Source: Octopus vulgaris
Taxonomy: Eukaryota
DNA: 64,000 nt
Reading direction: 5' to 3'
Assembly (NCBI GenBank): GCA_951406725.2
Contig: OX597820.1
Location: 40,796,001 to 40,860,000, forward strand
The translations under genes were made by a program, and so were the position numbers. Positions 44,366 through 58,812 of the stretch are shown piece by piece. The notes under the pieces are model-generated. The model was not told the DNA's origin, did no database searches, and was given only the letters and a program-made list of their open reading frames with translations. How positions within the stretch are numbered: the first letter of the stretch is position 1; each line of letters opens with the position of its first letter.

Positions 44366-44601
44366 GCGATGATAGCGCTGACATTAGCGGATGCAGTAAT
44401 GTGCATCATGAAGATGATGATAATGATGAATTCTTTAAAGATGATGATAGTAATGAAGAGTGCGGTGCCAGTGGCGGCGGTAGTGGTAGTGATGGCGATT
44501 TCAGTAAAGGTGGTTGCGGTGGTGGTGGTTGTGGTGGTGGTGGTGATGGTCGTCATGATGATGATGATGATGATCATGATCATGATCATGATTAAGACGA
44601 C

Positions 44602-44634
<33 letters not shown>

Positions 44635-44720
44635 AAGACAACGACGACGACGACATGACGACGTTGTTGTTATTGTTGGTGATTTCGGCGGTGGCAAGGA
44701 AAACGATGACGACGGCGACG
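40588..44720. repeat. Large mixed microsatellite field (GAT/CAT, GGT, CAA, TA, CA, ATT, CAG, GAC)
   Basis: Directly visible; His-, Ile-, Met- and Asp-rich ORFs here arise from the repeats. Confidence 0.92.
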
Positions 44721-45427
44721 ACGGGCGGGCGGGCGGGAGAACGGGGGGGAGAGTGCACGGGGGGGGGTGGGGCGTCGAAGAGATAGGTCGATGATGATTG
44801 GTTCTAGTGTTTATTACTTTTTACCGCGCCATGTTTATTCATTTTCTGTATCAGTGGAACAGTGTGTCGACCGGGTGGTAAAAAAAGAGCGGGAAGTCGG
44901 TGGAGAAGAAGGCGGGTGCTCGGTTGTTTACTTGTTTGTCCGTTTCTCTTTCTGCCTTACCAGTTTGTTGTTATTTTGTCATCATTGCCGTTGTTGTTGT
45001 TATTGTTATTGGCAGTGTTGTTGTTGTTGTTGTTGTTGTTGTTATTGGTATTAGTATTTATCGGGATTACGTTTGTTTTTCTTTCCCCGCTTGTAGTTTT
45101 ATATTGTCTCCTTTCCACTTTGTTTTTTGTTTTTGTTGTTGTTGTTGTTGTTTCAATGCCTTGTTGCTCTAAATTATACTGATGGTAATGTCTTTGTTAC
45201 TGTAGTTGTAGGTTTTTTAATACTTTTTTCTTAGTGGGTGTTGCTATTGAATTTAACATATTTTCCTTCTTACATTTTTGTAATTTTTGTAATCATATAT
45301 TTTCGTTTGTTTTTTAATATTGTTGTTCTTCTTCCTTTTTATGTTGCTGTAGTTGTTACTACTTCCATTTCTACTACTACTGGCGTTATACGTTACACTA
45401 TTTCAGACCAGAAGATATCATACATAC

Positions 45428-45497
<70 letters not shown>

Positions 45498-45830
45498 GTT
45501 TAGTTATGTATAGATGTATGCATTTAGATTTGTGAGCATATATAAATGTATATAATTATAGACACATATACAGCTATCTACGTATGTATGCATGCGTAAT
45601 TTTATAATTATACATACACACATGAGTATCTGCACATGTAATTATACATGTATGCACGTATTTATATGTGTCTATCCACGCACACATATGCATACAGACT
45701 CTCTGCAAGAGTGTTTATGCGAATGGATGTAAATGTACATGCGTGTATTTGTCTGTATGTATGCACATGCACGCGACTATGTTTCCGGAAAGACACAGGT
45801 AATTACATACGTAATTCCCTATTCATATAT

Positions 45831-45921
45831 GTATGTATAGACGGATACGTGGATTGTATGTTTAAATGAATTCTGTTGCATACATGCCATATGTTTGTAT
45901 GTACCTACTTACATATGTATG

Positions 45922-45955
<34 letters not shown>

Positions 45956-46091
45956 TGTATGTATGTATGTATGTATGTATGTATGTATGTATGTATGAAT
46001 GTATGTATAGACGGATACGTGGATTGTATGTTTAAATGAATTCTGTTGCATACATGCCATATGTTTGTATGTACCTACTTACATATGTATG

Positions 46092-46125
<34 letters not shown>

Positions 46126-46127
46126 TG
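45831..46127. repeat. Near-perfect tandem duplication, period 170 bp
   Basis: GTATGTATAGACGGATACGTGGATTG...CCTACTTACATATG starts at both 45831 and 46001. Confidence 0.9.
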
Positions 46128-46704
46128 CATGTATGTATGTGTATATGTATGTATGTATGTATGTGTGTATGTGTGTATGTATGCATGTATGTATGTATGT
46201 ATGTATGTATGTATGTGTGTATGTATGCATGCATGCATGTATATATGTGGATAAATCTATGAATGTATGAACGTATGCATGAATGTATGAATGTACGTAT
46301 GTATGCATAAATGTATGTATGTATGTGTGTGTGTTTGTCTGTGTGTGTTTGTCTGTGTGTGTGCGTGTGTGTGTATGCGTGTGTGTGTGTGTGTGTGTGT
46401 GTATTGTAGATTATCATCGCCTCTACATTTCCTGTGTACTTATGTTGTGTGCATAGAAGGACAGAAAAAGCCGGTTAGGTTAAGAGATAGAAAGGGAGAT
46501 AGATATGGAGGGAGATTAGGATAGATAAAGACAAACAAGAATAGAATTAGATCGTTATAGAAGATAATGATTAAAACAGATCGTAAGATAGCAGAGATCG
46601 ATAAGAAAAGAGTCAGACAGATAGGCAAGAATTAAAATATGCAGAGACAGACATAAACACGTGTGTGCGTGCATGTGTGCGCGAGTGTGTGACTGTGTGT
46701 ATTG

Positions 46705-47373
<669 letters not shown>

Positions 47374-48337
47374 GCAGACAGGCGGGCAGTTAGGTGGCTA
47401 AATATGGTGCAATTCCATGCATCTTCTCACCCCGTGATTGTTCTTAATTTTTTCTTCGTCATTTTCTTCTTGTATGTGGTAGGTAGCATTGCGTTGTAAT
47501 TGGCTGAGTATTTCGTAGTATCATTGTTTTTGTTGTTGTCTTGCTCCCAGACCGGCTCTGACGAGGTAGATCTATTATTAATGATGCTTTGAGCCTTCAT
47601 TATCCTGTTTTTTTCCTTTTTCTTTCCATTTTATTTCGGTTTATAAATATATATTTGTATTTTTATGTATTTCAGATTAAAACTTTCATTTGTAACTTTT
47701 TAACCATATGGCTGAGGGAAAATTCGTTGAGAGGGGAGTGAGGTGTGCTTACGAATTACAAACAAGATATGGTCTCACATATGAATGTGAAGTGAACTGA
47801 GGTTTAAAATCTTCAACCACTTGAGATTATCCAGTATGCAAAACTCACTGTAAATATTTAAAATCGGAAACAACAAGCAAGAAACATAACCTCGAAAGTT
47901 CACCCAAGTGTAAGTCAGGGATAGCATCTAAACATGGTTAATATTACAGTGGATCTTGCTTTTAAGGCCGCCTAGATAGAATATAGGAGATATTGCGAAA
48001 ATTATATCTAATACTTTCACCATTTAGCTTTTAAGATAACACGGTTAACTTATTGGAAGTTATCTCCCTTGATCATTGCTTTTAGAATTTCGACCTTCTT
48101 CGATGGTGTTTTGTTTTATTTTTTAACTAATTGCATTAAAACCTCTCTTTACTGAAGTTTTTGAAATCGCTTGGTTGGCACGTTGTTTGGGTGACTCGTT
48201 GGCTTGTTGGACAGTTGATTGGTTAGTTGGTTGGTTGACTGGTGGTTTTGATAAATTATGCCAGTGGGCGGTGGTACTTGGTGTTTGAATGATCGTTGTG
48301 GTGCTGATTAGAAGTAAGAAGAGAAGATAGAGCAGCT

Positions 48338-48370
<33 letters not shown>

Positions 48371-49900
48371 CGAGGAGGAGGAGGAGAAGGAGGATAATGA
48401 TGATGACGATGATGACGATGATGATGATGATGATGATGAAAACGATGACCTCTGTATTAGCAATCGGTTGTCGTAGTCGTGGTAGTGGTGGTGCTAATGG
48501 TAATGCAGGAAATTCATTGCTGGTGTTTGGTTTATGTATGTGTGGGTGCTTGGTGGGGGTGTAGCTGTGCTCCAGTATGTCACAGCCTTTAGGCTGGGAC
48601 GCATAAACGGATAAAGATACTGCAGAGATAACAGCACAGCATATTGGTTAGTTTAGTTTGCAGTGATCACGATCCTGGTTTTTATGGGTGCCACGGGCAG
48701 CAATGATACTGGTTGTGGTAGGGAAGCAGATTTCGGTGGTGACGGCGGTGTTGTTTGCACTAATAGTGATATTGGTGATGGTAGTAATAATGGGACTAAT
48801 TGGGTGGTGTGGGGGGTACATAGAAAAATCTGTGGTAGTAATAGTTGTGTCATGGACAGGGATGGTAATAATAATAGTGTCACAGAGGTGAAACAAAAGC
48901 AGAGAAATCAATAGTGTACCTATAAACTTGGCTACTGTTGTTTTTGTTGTTGATTAGACGGGTGTGGGGGATAATAAATGTCATGCAATTTGAATGATGT
49001 ATGGATAGATTAAGTATACCAGAGTATGTGATTTATGATAGTAGACCCTTGAATCCGGGGATCAAATCCTGCCGTTTGAAATGTTCGCATTGTATTTTTA
49101 ATTTAATATAGTGATGTTGCACCATTCGGTTCTACTCCTCGTGGCTTTGTCTTTGTTAAAAAGGAAACTTTTATTATAACCCTCATAACGATATTTATGA
49201 TCATCATGATCAATATCATTACCATTGTGTCTCGTATTGAGACCATGACCGGGTTTCACTTGCCGGTAAAAATAATAAATAAGTAAATACATAAAATGAC
49301 AATTTGTCTAACTAATTGGCGCCCATGGGAACTGGAAAGGAAAAAAAAAAAAAAACCGAAAAATATACTGGCGCCCTTAGGAAATGTAAAAACGTGGAAA
49401 AGAAACCGTTTACCCTCTCTTACCTAGTTTAGGTTTTATGTCTATATTAAGAATCAGCCGTCTTTTGTAGTATTTGTTGGTGTTGCTTTCACTATGGATG
49501 ACTTTTGTTCTTTATTGGTTTCGTGCACCCCTTTTAATCTTTTGAAATACATTTTCTTTTCTATCTTTTTTCTCACGATATACTGTAAGCCTTTGTATTC
49601 TTGTATTCGAAACCGAAACGTGACTTTTCACCTGCGATGGCTAAGAACTCGTTTTTTTTCCTTATCGTAAATGAGCTTTATTATTATTTACAGTGTGTGG
49701 ATCTTTGTGACCGTTGTTATTGTTATCAAACTCCTCCTTTCCCCCGCCTAACTCACTCTTTCTTTTACATTTATTTGTTGGCTCCCCACTATTCTCTCAT
49801 GTGTACTAAATACAGATTTCAAATTATGGCAAAAAGCCAACAAGTTCATGAGAGGGAATATATCGATTACATTAACCCGAATGCTCAACTGGTACTTATT

Positions 49901-50487
49901 TTCTTTTCTATCCTAGGTACAAGGCCCGAAATTTCGGGGGAGGAGGCCAGTCGATTAGATCGGCCCCGGTGCACAACTGGCACTTAATTTATCGACCCCG
50001 AAAGGATGAAAGGCAAAGTCGACCTCGGCGGAATTTGAACTCAGAACATAAAGACAAGCGAAATACCTATTTCTTTACTACCCATAAGGGGCTAAACACA
50101 GAGGACAGACAAACAAGGACAGACAAACGGATTAAGTCGATTATATCGACCCCAGTGCGTAACTGGTACTTATTTAATCGACCCCGAAAGGATGAAAGGC
50201 AAAGTCGACCACGGCGGAATTTGAACTCAGAACGTAGCGGCAGACGAAATACCTATTTCTTTACTACCCACAAGGGGCTAAACACAGAGAGGACAAACAA
50301 GGACAGACAAACGGATTAAGTCGATTATATCGACCCCAGTGTGTAACTGGTATTTAATTTATCGACCCCGAAAGGATGAAAGGCAAAGTCGAACTCGGCG
50401 GAATTTGAACTCAGAACGTAGCGGCAGACGAAATACTTGCCAAGCATTTTGCCCGGCGTATTAACGCGTCTGCCAGCTCACTACCTT
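49901..50487 (-). mobile_element. SINE family B trimer (two long-tail units and one short-tail unit)
   Basis: Three bodies; both internal junctions read CGAAATACC|TATTTCTTTACTACCCA; single head TCTGCCAGCTCACTACC at ~50470-50486. Confidence 0.9.
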
Positions 50488-50807
50488 AACGTAGACAGTA
50501 TATGGCAAGCAGGTGACTGAAAGCGTTGCTGGTTTAGAGAGCAAGCAACTCGCGGCCAAAACAAATGATTTCTTTGAACAGGTTAACCTCATAAGCTCCG
50601 AAAAAGACTCAACTTAGAATCTCATCTACACCAACAACGTTCTGGTTGCACGAAGCTACTAGGATCACCTCGTAAAGATGATATGTTTAGTCTAGTTTGG
50701 TTTGGCGAAGAATACAGAAAGCCATAGGATACTGTTAAAGTCGTCCTTTTTCACTTCCTTGCATATATGCACTACTAATGTTCTTAAGAGGAAAAAAAAG
50801 ACTGCTA

Positions 50808-50945
50808 ATTCATTTTATCGATCTCGAAAGGATAAAAGAAAAGTCAATGTTAACGGGATTAGAACTCAGAATGTAAAGAACCGGAGTAAAATAATAAGCG
50901 GAATTTTCCCCGACGTGTTAACGATCCTGCCAATGGGATTCCGGC
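50808..50945 (-). mobile_element. Older SINE family B 5' half (matching 3' half possibly at 49815-49900)
   Basis: TTTATCGATCTCGAAAGGATAAAAG..AAAGTCAA...GAACTCAGAATGTAAAG...TAACGATCCTGCCA. Confidence 0.6.
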
Positions 50946-51794
50946 GTTTAATACTTTCTTGATGAATAATGGAGCGATAGTAAGTGTGGGTAATTGTTGG
51001 AGATGGTGGTTGTGGTGGTTGTGGTGGTGGTGATGGTGATGGTGATGGTGGTGGGTGGGAATTGTTGTGGTGATGATGATGGAGTGGTATTAATAATGGT
51101 GGTGGTGGTGATGGCGTTAATTGTTGTTGGGGATGTATGGTGGCGGTGGTGGTGGTCGTGGTGGTCGTGGTTATGTTAATTATTGTAGAGATGATGATAG
51201 TGACGATGGAAGTGGTAATTGTTGTATTGTTGTTGGTGGTGGCAATGGCAGTGATGTTGATTGTTGAGGTTATAGTACTGGTAGTAGAGTAATTGTGGTG
51301 GTAGTGGTGGTGATGTTGTTGACTGACGGTTCGGTACTGTTCCTAATTGGAGGGGTAATTCTGGTGTGTGTGTGTTTTTTTTTATTGCAGTACTTAATGT
51401 GGTGCTGGTGCTGGTGGTGGTGGTGGTGGTGGTGGTGGTAGAGATGTTGTTTGTGGTAGAAGCGGTTGTGATAAGGCACGCTTTCGTTCCCATGGAAACA
51501 ATACGTTATATATTGATCACACAAAGAAATCATACAGAAGCAGACGTCAATTTTTGTAAGAAACATCCCCCAAAACCCTCCACCCACATACATACCACAC
51601 AACACAAAACACAAGCAAAAAGTATATTGAAAAAAAAAAACAAAAAAAAAACGTACGTTTGTAATTTGCACTATTGTCTTTCAGTGCCTCAGTTTATAAG
51701 TATATATACACAGTACACAGGCACACTCATACACGTATATACACTACATTCATATACACATATACACACATAATGTAAGGAGGGGAAACTACGT

Positions 51795-51982
51795 TTTTAT
51801 ACGACCTGCAAGAAATAGCATCCAAATGGCCCTTAAATCACACGTCACCAACGTGTTAAAGAAGAAACCATTCTAGATATATTGACCCTGAGTTTCCAGC
51901 AGGTAATAATAAAGACAAGATGGTCACGCATGGAATGTCATATAGTATAGGTTTGCTCGATTAGGGCTAACCTAGGGCTAAA
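51795..51982 (+). mobile_element. SINE-like family C copy
   Basis: GACCTGCAAGAAATAGCATCCAAAT...AAGATGGTCACGCATGGAATGTC...TAGGTTTGCTCGATTAGGGCTAACCTAGGGCTAAA. Confidence 0.6.
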
Positions 51983-52767
51983 AGGTAACTGCCATAGCTA
52001 TATAAACGCATACGCAAAATATAACACGCACGTACATACATATAGAGAGTCACATACAGAAATATGACACACGCTTATACAATTTTATACACACTGGCAT
52101 ATACAGATAAATTATATAAGCACTCAGCTGTCTAACGTATAGATAGACATATATACACACGCGAGCACAAACACGCGCACAAAGACACACTTGCGCTGAC
52201 CTATAATCAATCACAAACTCGCACACACAGGACAAAAACTATTTTTAAAAACACAAACGTACGCACATACAATAAGACGTAAATGCATACATGCAAAAAC
52301 ACACGCACACGTGCACACACACCTTAACACATGGATGCACACGCACAAAAGCAACTGCGCGCGTAAATGCATACGCACAGACAATGCGTTTCACACACAC
52401 ACGCACGCTCACACACGCACACATACACACGCACACATGCACACGCACACAAACATTTACACATGTGCATACGCCGACACATGCTTACATCAACATTCTC
52501 CTCGCCGGCAAGGCGACAAAAATATGTTTTCACTCCTTTTCATGTCTTTCACCCGTTTATTCGGTACAACAGTTACACACACACAAAAAAAAGGGAACCA
52601 GAATTAAACCGAATTATTGAATGAATGAATAAATAAATAAATAAATAAATAAAATAAATAAATAAATAAGTAAATAAATATATATATAAATATATCACAG
52701 GTCACACAGGTCAGATCAAAATCTTGATGATGGCGACACGATGAGAGAATTACAAGTATTTGTAAAG

Positions 52768-52835
<68 letters not shown>

Positions 52836-52959
52836 TAATAATGAGTGCGCATGTGAGTTTGGAGTACAACCAGGGTGCAGCATGTTTATGTTGTATATAA
52901 ATGTCAGTGTATTTTCTATGCAAATATTTTTGCATGTCTGCGTTTAGGTGTAATACACA

Positions 52960-53001
<42 letters not shown>

Positions 53002-53018
53002 ATAACGGCCTCTGTCTG

Positions 53019-53127
<109 letters not shown>

Positions 53128-53290
53128 TTACTATCTATCCAGCTACTATTTATCTATCTATCAATCTATCTACTATTTATCTATCTATCTACCTGTCTGT
53201 CTAGCTCTTTGTCTGTCTGCCTATCTGTCTCTCTGTCTGCCTGTTTGTTTGTCTATCTGCCTGTCTATCTATCAAACTATCGATCTCATA

Positions 53291-53364
53291 TATTCTTTTA
53301 CTTTTATTCTTTTACTTGTTTCCCGTCATTCGACTGCGACCATGCTCGAGTACCGCCTTGAAGG
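53291..53364 (-). mobile_element. SINE family A 3' tail fragment
   Basis: TATTCTTTTACTTGTTTCCCGTCATTCGACTGCGACCATGCTCGAGTACCGCC. Confidence 0.65.
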
Positions 53365-53912
53365 AACCCTTGGACTAATTTCGAGCAGATAAGCTGACTA
53401 CATAAATCTGTCTAGTTGGCTAATCGGAATCTCCCTTTGATAACAAGTACAGCAGCGTAACAAATACAGCAATTGCGATTCTCATATTTGTAGAAATACA
53501 ACGATATTTACACGAAACTAAATTAGAGGGACCAAGATTCTGGCTGTAGCTTCGTATTTAAGAAACCAAAACAGAAGTTCCAAGAACCCTAAGTGGTTGC
53601 TATCTACGACGTAACGGATCAAGGAAATTCCGGGATTGCAGAATGATCTTTGCGAATAACGAGCGTATTATCCATGAGGAAATTATGCTAGAATTATGTG
53701 TACACAAAGTATTAATCCCATGAAACGACTCGTAAATCCATAAACTCAATGACATGTCAGCAACTGCCATAGATCTTCCTAAATTGAGAAACGTATGATA
53801 TTGTTATAATGCAACATGTTGACAGGAAAACCTTCCTAAAAATCTTATCTACTTCATTTTTTTTATTTATAATCACTGTCTTCACTTCTTTCTTCTTCTT
53901 CTTCTTCTTCTT

Positions 53913-54053
<141 letters not shown>

Positions 54054-55177
54054 TTTCTTCCTCCTCTTTTAAGCGCCTACGCGTGCTCACTGTCACGTCA
54101 GAATTAATTACCCAGGAAGAAAACATCACCTTGACTGTTTGAAACCGAAAGCCATTATTTTGTTTCCTCGTCGTGCCTCTTGGATACTTGCAACTGTCTT
54201 CCCTCTTTGTAAGGTGGATTGGAACATCCTTCTTTTGCTTCGAAGCACGCAGAGAAAGTGTTTTTCTATTTTCAATGTCTTTTTTTTTTTTCACTTCGCT
54301 CACTCTTTTTTTTTTCTTGTCTTTCTAAATGTTGACCATTGAGACATACTGATCGTATTTTAATTTATGGCATTGCTATCCAACGTCAAAAGTGCATCAT
54401 ACAGGATTTTACTTCAAAATGCCTTCAACAACAATAACTTGACAACCAATACCTAAGTCTGAAAATTACTCTTTAATTTACTTTGTTATTTTCCTTTCAG
54501 CCAAATGTTATCCATCACGATGGTGACCCGGTCTGTGATAACTAAAACGCATTAAAATATCCAAAAATAAAAAAAAAAAACTATCATAATATCACCGCAA
54601 AATAAAAATCCTCTTCTATGTCATTATCATTTAGTTACTGGATATTTTAGCGATCTGATTCCTTGCCAATACTAATTCTTAGAAGGCATTGTTATAATGT
54701 AACTCCTCGTAGGAGGGATATCATTGTTAACAGTCGAAGATAATGCGTAGATGATGAGGCAGACGCAGACACAAATATAAGTGCAAAAACAAGATACATG
54801 CACAAATGCATGTCGATCTACATACAATATATTTTCAGCTGCCTTGGTGGTTCCAGAACAATTCTTCATTCACTGATGATTAGCTAAGCCCTTTAGGCCG
54901 GTTATTTATCGGAATAAACTATTTTCTTAAATCAGCATTCACAAGGCTCGGATTACTCTACTTCAAAATGCAATGAACTAGATCAATGTTATTTAAATAC
55001 GTAGAATATGTTAACGTTTGATTTGAAAATTTACTTTAATTTCGGGGTGGTTTTCCTATAAATCTTAATAATTCTACGGGTGTAATCGATCAACATAAAC
55101 ATCGATTGCATTCTTCTAATCAATGTGGGAGAACTGTGCCAGTCAGGACTGCAGTCTCTGCCTTCCGATCCAAACCA

Positions 55178-55372
55178 TTAACTGTTTAGCAATCAGATTA
55201 CTCCGTCAAATGCAACGCTTATTTATTCACACAGTTTTGAATTAATCATGCATTATCTCTTCGATTCGAGATTTCACTGATGTGATTGCTTATTTTCAGA
55301 ATAACATTGTTGAGCAGGCGTGAGAGATTTGAATATAAAACAGGAAGAATATGTGAGCCTGATATGGCCATG
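55178..55372. mobile_element. Degraded non-autonomous DNA transposon (MITE-like, TTAA start)
   Basis: TTAACTGTTTAGCAATCAGATTACTC...GAATTAATCATGCATTATCTC...GATATGGCC resembles a cephalopod MITE from recollection; second terminal repeat not clearly seen. Confidence 0.35.
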
Positions 55373-55544
55373 GACTGATGGCGATTATCCTCTCCCTCTA
55401 ACGCAAATATCTTTACCCATTATTTGGGTATGGAACATCCTCGCTCATCCATTTCGACTCTAAATTTGATAATTCCTCTCTCTCCATTTGTCTCTCTTTC
55501 TCTCACAAACATATTCTCTCTCCCTCCGTCCCTTTCTCTGTGTG

Positions 55545-55647
<103 letters not shown>

Positions 55648-56759
55648 GGCTGTCTGTCTTCTACATACTTTGCTTTTATTTACCAAATAACCTATTGAAA
55701 ATAACTCTTGATGCTTCAAATAATATACTTATACAAGAAAACATACGACAAGATTGAAAGCGTCGATGACCTCTGAGGATTATCTTCGAGTCGAACAACA
55801 TTATTGCATGCAAACAATTATAATATTTGTTGGTTACTGCAGAATTAATGTGTCGTTGTTGTGTTTGTACATGTGTGTAGGGCAGGCGCGTGTCTGTTAG
55901 TTTTTCTTTTAATTGCTCACATCAAACACACACTTTACACTTTACAGGAAAACGACTGAAAATAATTTTTCTTTTCCTGCATAGAGATACTTTAGGCATT
56001 ATAAAGTTAGTAAGTTGTTCAACTTGATATCAACTCAACATGTTGCTAATATTTCATGCCAGGAGATTTCTGATACTTGCAATGAATCTTCATCCTTTTG
56101 TACATCTCTTGTCTGAGCAACGATTCCAAACCACAATGTCTGATTCTGGTCATTGTCAGAATATAACCATTGAAGCCATGTTTTATGGCTTTATACTATA
56201 CCTTTGACTACAATATTGATTTCTTAAATATGTATTAGATTTTCTAGTGAAGTCGTAATAAAACTTCTTCGTTGGTATATTCTCAGAATTTGTAAACATA
56301 TGAAAGAACTCTCTCCAAACGGAGATGTACGTATGTATGAATATATGTATGCATTGCGTATGTATATGTGCATATATGTACGAATTTATGTATAGATTGA
56401 ATACTCTATCTGTGTAAATATGAGTACGACCAACTTAACTTTATAGAAAAATGAAACTATTTCCTTGGTCCAAGATATCTTATATACTTTTACATAAGGA
56501 ATAGTTATGCACTACTTAGGTATCGAGATATTTACTTTTGTTTTGCACAACACAGATACTCATAAATATGCGTGGATGTATGTATAAATGAATATGTGTG
56601 TGTATATGTGTGTGTGTATGTGCGTATGTATAATTGAAAAATTTGGAGTCAACAAGGAGCATATATATATATATGTTCATAAGCACACACGCACAGACAG
56701 ACACATATATGCATATACATTTATAGGTGTATGTATATCTATATGTGTATGGGCGCGTA

Positions 56760-56804
<45 letters not shown>

Positions 56805-57616
56805 GCGCAAATACTAAGATGGCAATGCGCTCTACTTATAATTTCATCGTATTTCTAGATTAACAGATCCTCTGGCTATGCAAACATAATCCACTGAGTG
56901 ATCCCAGGAAGTACATTAAAATGGTCTCCCAGTAGCTTAACAGCAATATACAAATAATGCATTGTTACCACGTAGCAGATGCTCTAAGATATTATCTCAG
57001 TACAAAAACATATAGTAGCCACATATATTTATCACTGAGGTCGTTGAACTTCACGCCAACTACAGATATGCAAAGCAGGTGAAAAAGTTACTAGAATAGG
57101 TTATTATTGGCTTAGTTTGATCCACAGAAAACCTCGTGGTTTAACTGGAGAAAATGGAATATTCTAATGTTATACACACTTTTCTATGGTTATCTTAATA
57201 CTCAGACATACTCAGCATGACGTGGTGAGTGCGGTAAATGTGCATGTATGTGTGTGCGTATTTAAGTGTGTGTGTAAACGTATATAAGTGTGTATGTATG
57301 TGTGTATGTGAGTGTGTGTGCGTGTCTATATGCGCGAATGTGTGTGTGTTTTGAAAGGCTGGTTCTTGAAATAATAGGTACTGTTCTTATATTAAGGTGT
57401 TAACGGTAGCATATTTCCTTTTGTATACCTAACGCGAAACTGAATAAAGGAACAGCATGGATGAAATAAAAATTACTTCAAGGAAGGATTTATCAAAGAA
57501 AATAGAAATATTGTGATCGTATTTTCTAGTTGCAAAGTCATTGCTGTACAGTACCCATGACGTTGATGTTTTTTTTTTTTAAACAATGAAAAGGAAAGGA
57601 AATAAATGCTACTTAC

Positions 57617-58121
57617 CGTTTTGGACTGAGTTGTGTTGAATAGGAGTATGTTGAATCACGGGTGGGTGATGGTGAGCTGGGTGCTGATAGCCTGTCGTGA
57701 AACCCGGTCGGAAAATACCATTGCTATTGGGAAAAAATGGAGGATGGAACTCCGGCGGAGGTCGAAAGGTCGGAGGTTGATGTCGTATAAAGTCGTTTCC
57801 CGTGCTGGACACTACGGATCGGTCATGGCTGCCCGTTTGAGATTGTGATTGCGCTTGGTTGGCCGATGACAACTGATGAGCAGTGTTCTGGCTATTAGCG
57901 TTTTGACCCGAAGGAGTCGCACAACCCCCACTTCCGTTTCCGCCGGCACCAGTTCCACTGTTGTTGTTGCTACTGCTGTTATTGTTATTGTTGTTGCTAC
58001 TGTTGCTGTTGTTACTGTTGCTGTTGTTACTGTTGTTATTTCCTCCGATATTTCCACCTCCTGAACTTCCACCAACTCCACCCAGTACGCCACTATTACT
58101 TAACTGCTGAACTGCACTTGC
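57617..58121 (-). CDS. NOL4: Internal (probably penultimate) coding exon of the NOL4-like gene; low-complexity Gly/Asn/Ser/Gln/Pro/His region
   Basis: Acceptor TTTTTGTTGTTTCAG (G at 58122) and donor G|GTAAGT (57616-57611). 505 nt, phase 0 in and phase 1 out, open throughout (ASAVQQLSNSG...PPPEFHPPFFP...HNSVQN). The leftover G joins GC of exon 19-179 to read ...[10 protein letters not shown], like NOL4-family NGPTDLSMK. Confidence 0.85.
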
Positions 58122-58404
58122 CTGAAACAACAAAAATATGAAATATACTTAAGTATAGAGCAGAATTTCGAAAATCATGTATAGAAAATTAATCTTGTAT
58201 GATCTTAGCTTCAAAACACCATAGGAATATTACACACACATTATGTACACAAACCGCTACCCAGTGACTCATGAGTGAACGTAAAATAATCAAAATAAGA
58301 AGAGCTCAAAAATTTTCATTCAAAAAGCGAATATCAAGAAAGAGGCAATATTTGAATATATAACTATCGTTTGTTATTACATAACAAAAGGATCAATAGA
58401 ACTA

Positions 58405-58812
58405 TATTCTTTTATTCTTTTAATTGTTTCAGTCATTTGACTGCGGTTATGCTGAAACACGACTTTACGGGGTTTTAGTCGAACAAATCGACTCGAGGAC
58501 TTTTTTCCTTGTAAGCCTAGTACTTATTCTGTCTCTTTTTCCCAAACGGGGATGCAAACACATGAACATCGGATATCAAAAGATGGTTGGGGTGGGGGAC
58601 AAACACAGACACAAACACACAAATATATTTATACATATATATGTATATACGATTAGCTTCTTTCAATTTCCGTCTACCAAATCCACTCACAATGCTTTGG
58701 TCGGCCCAAGGCTATTGTAGAAAATACTTGCCCAAGTTGTCACGCAGTGGGACCTGAACCCGGAATCATGTGGTTGGGAAGCAAGCTTTTAATCACATAT
58801 CTCTGCCTGCGC
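58405..58812 (-). mobile_element. SINE family A, near full length
   Basis: Tail TATTCTTTTA, body TTCCGTCTACCAAATCCACTCAC, head ...GAACCCGGAATCATGTGGTTGG...CCTGCGC. Confidence 0.85.

Noticed and set aside
49969-50319. 116-aa ORF with an internal repeat
   Set aside because: Antisense translation of tandem SINE-B units.
54672-54869. ORF containing AAENIL, reminiscent of NOL4 AENIL
   Set aside because: Lies downstream of where that motif would fall in the gene, with no other similarity or splice support.
55770-55800. CTGAGGA...CGAAC hammerhead-like string
   Set aside because: GAAA incomplete and helices not supportable.
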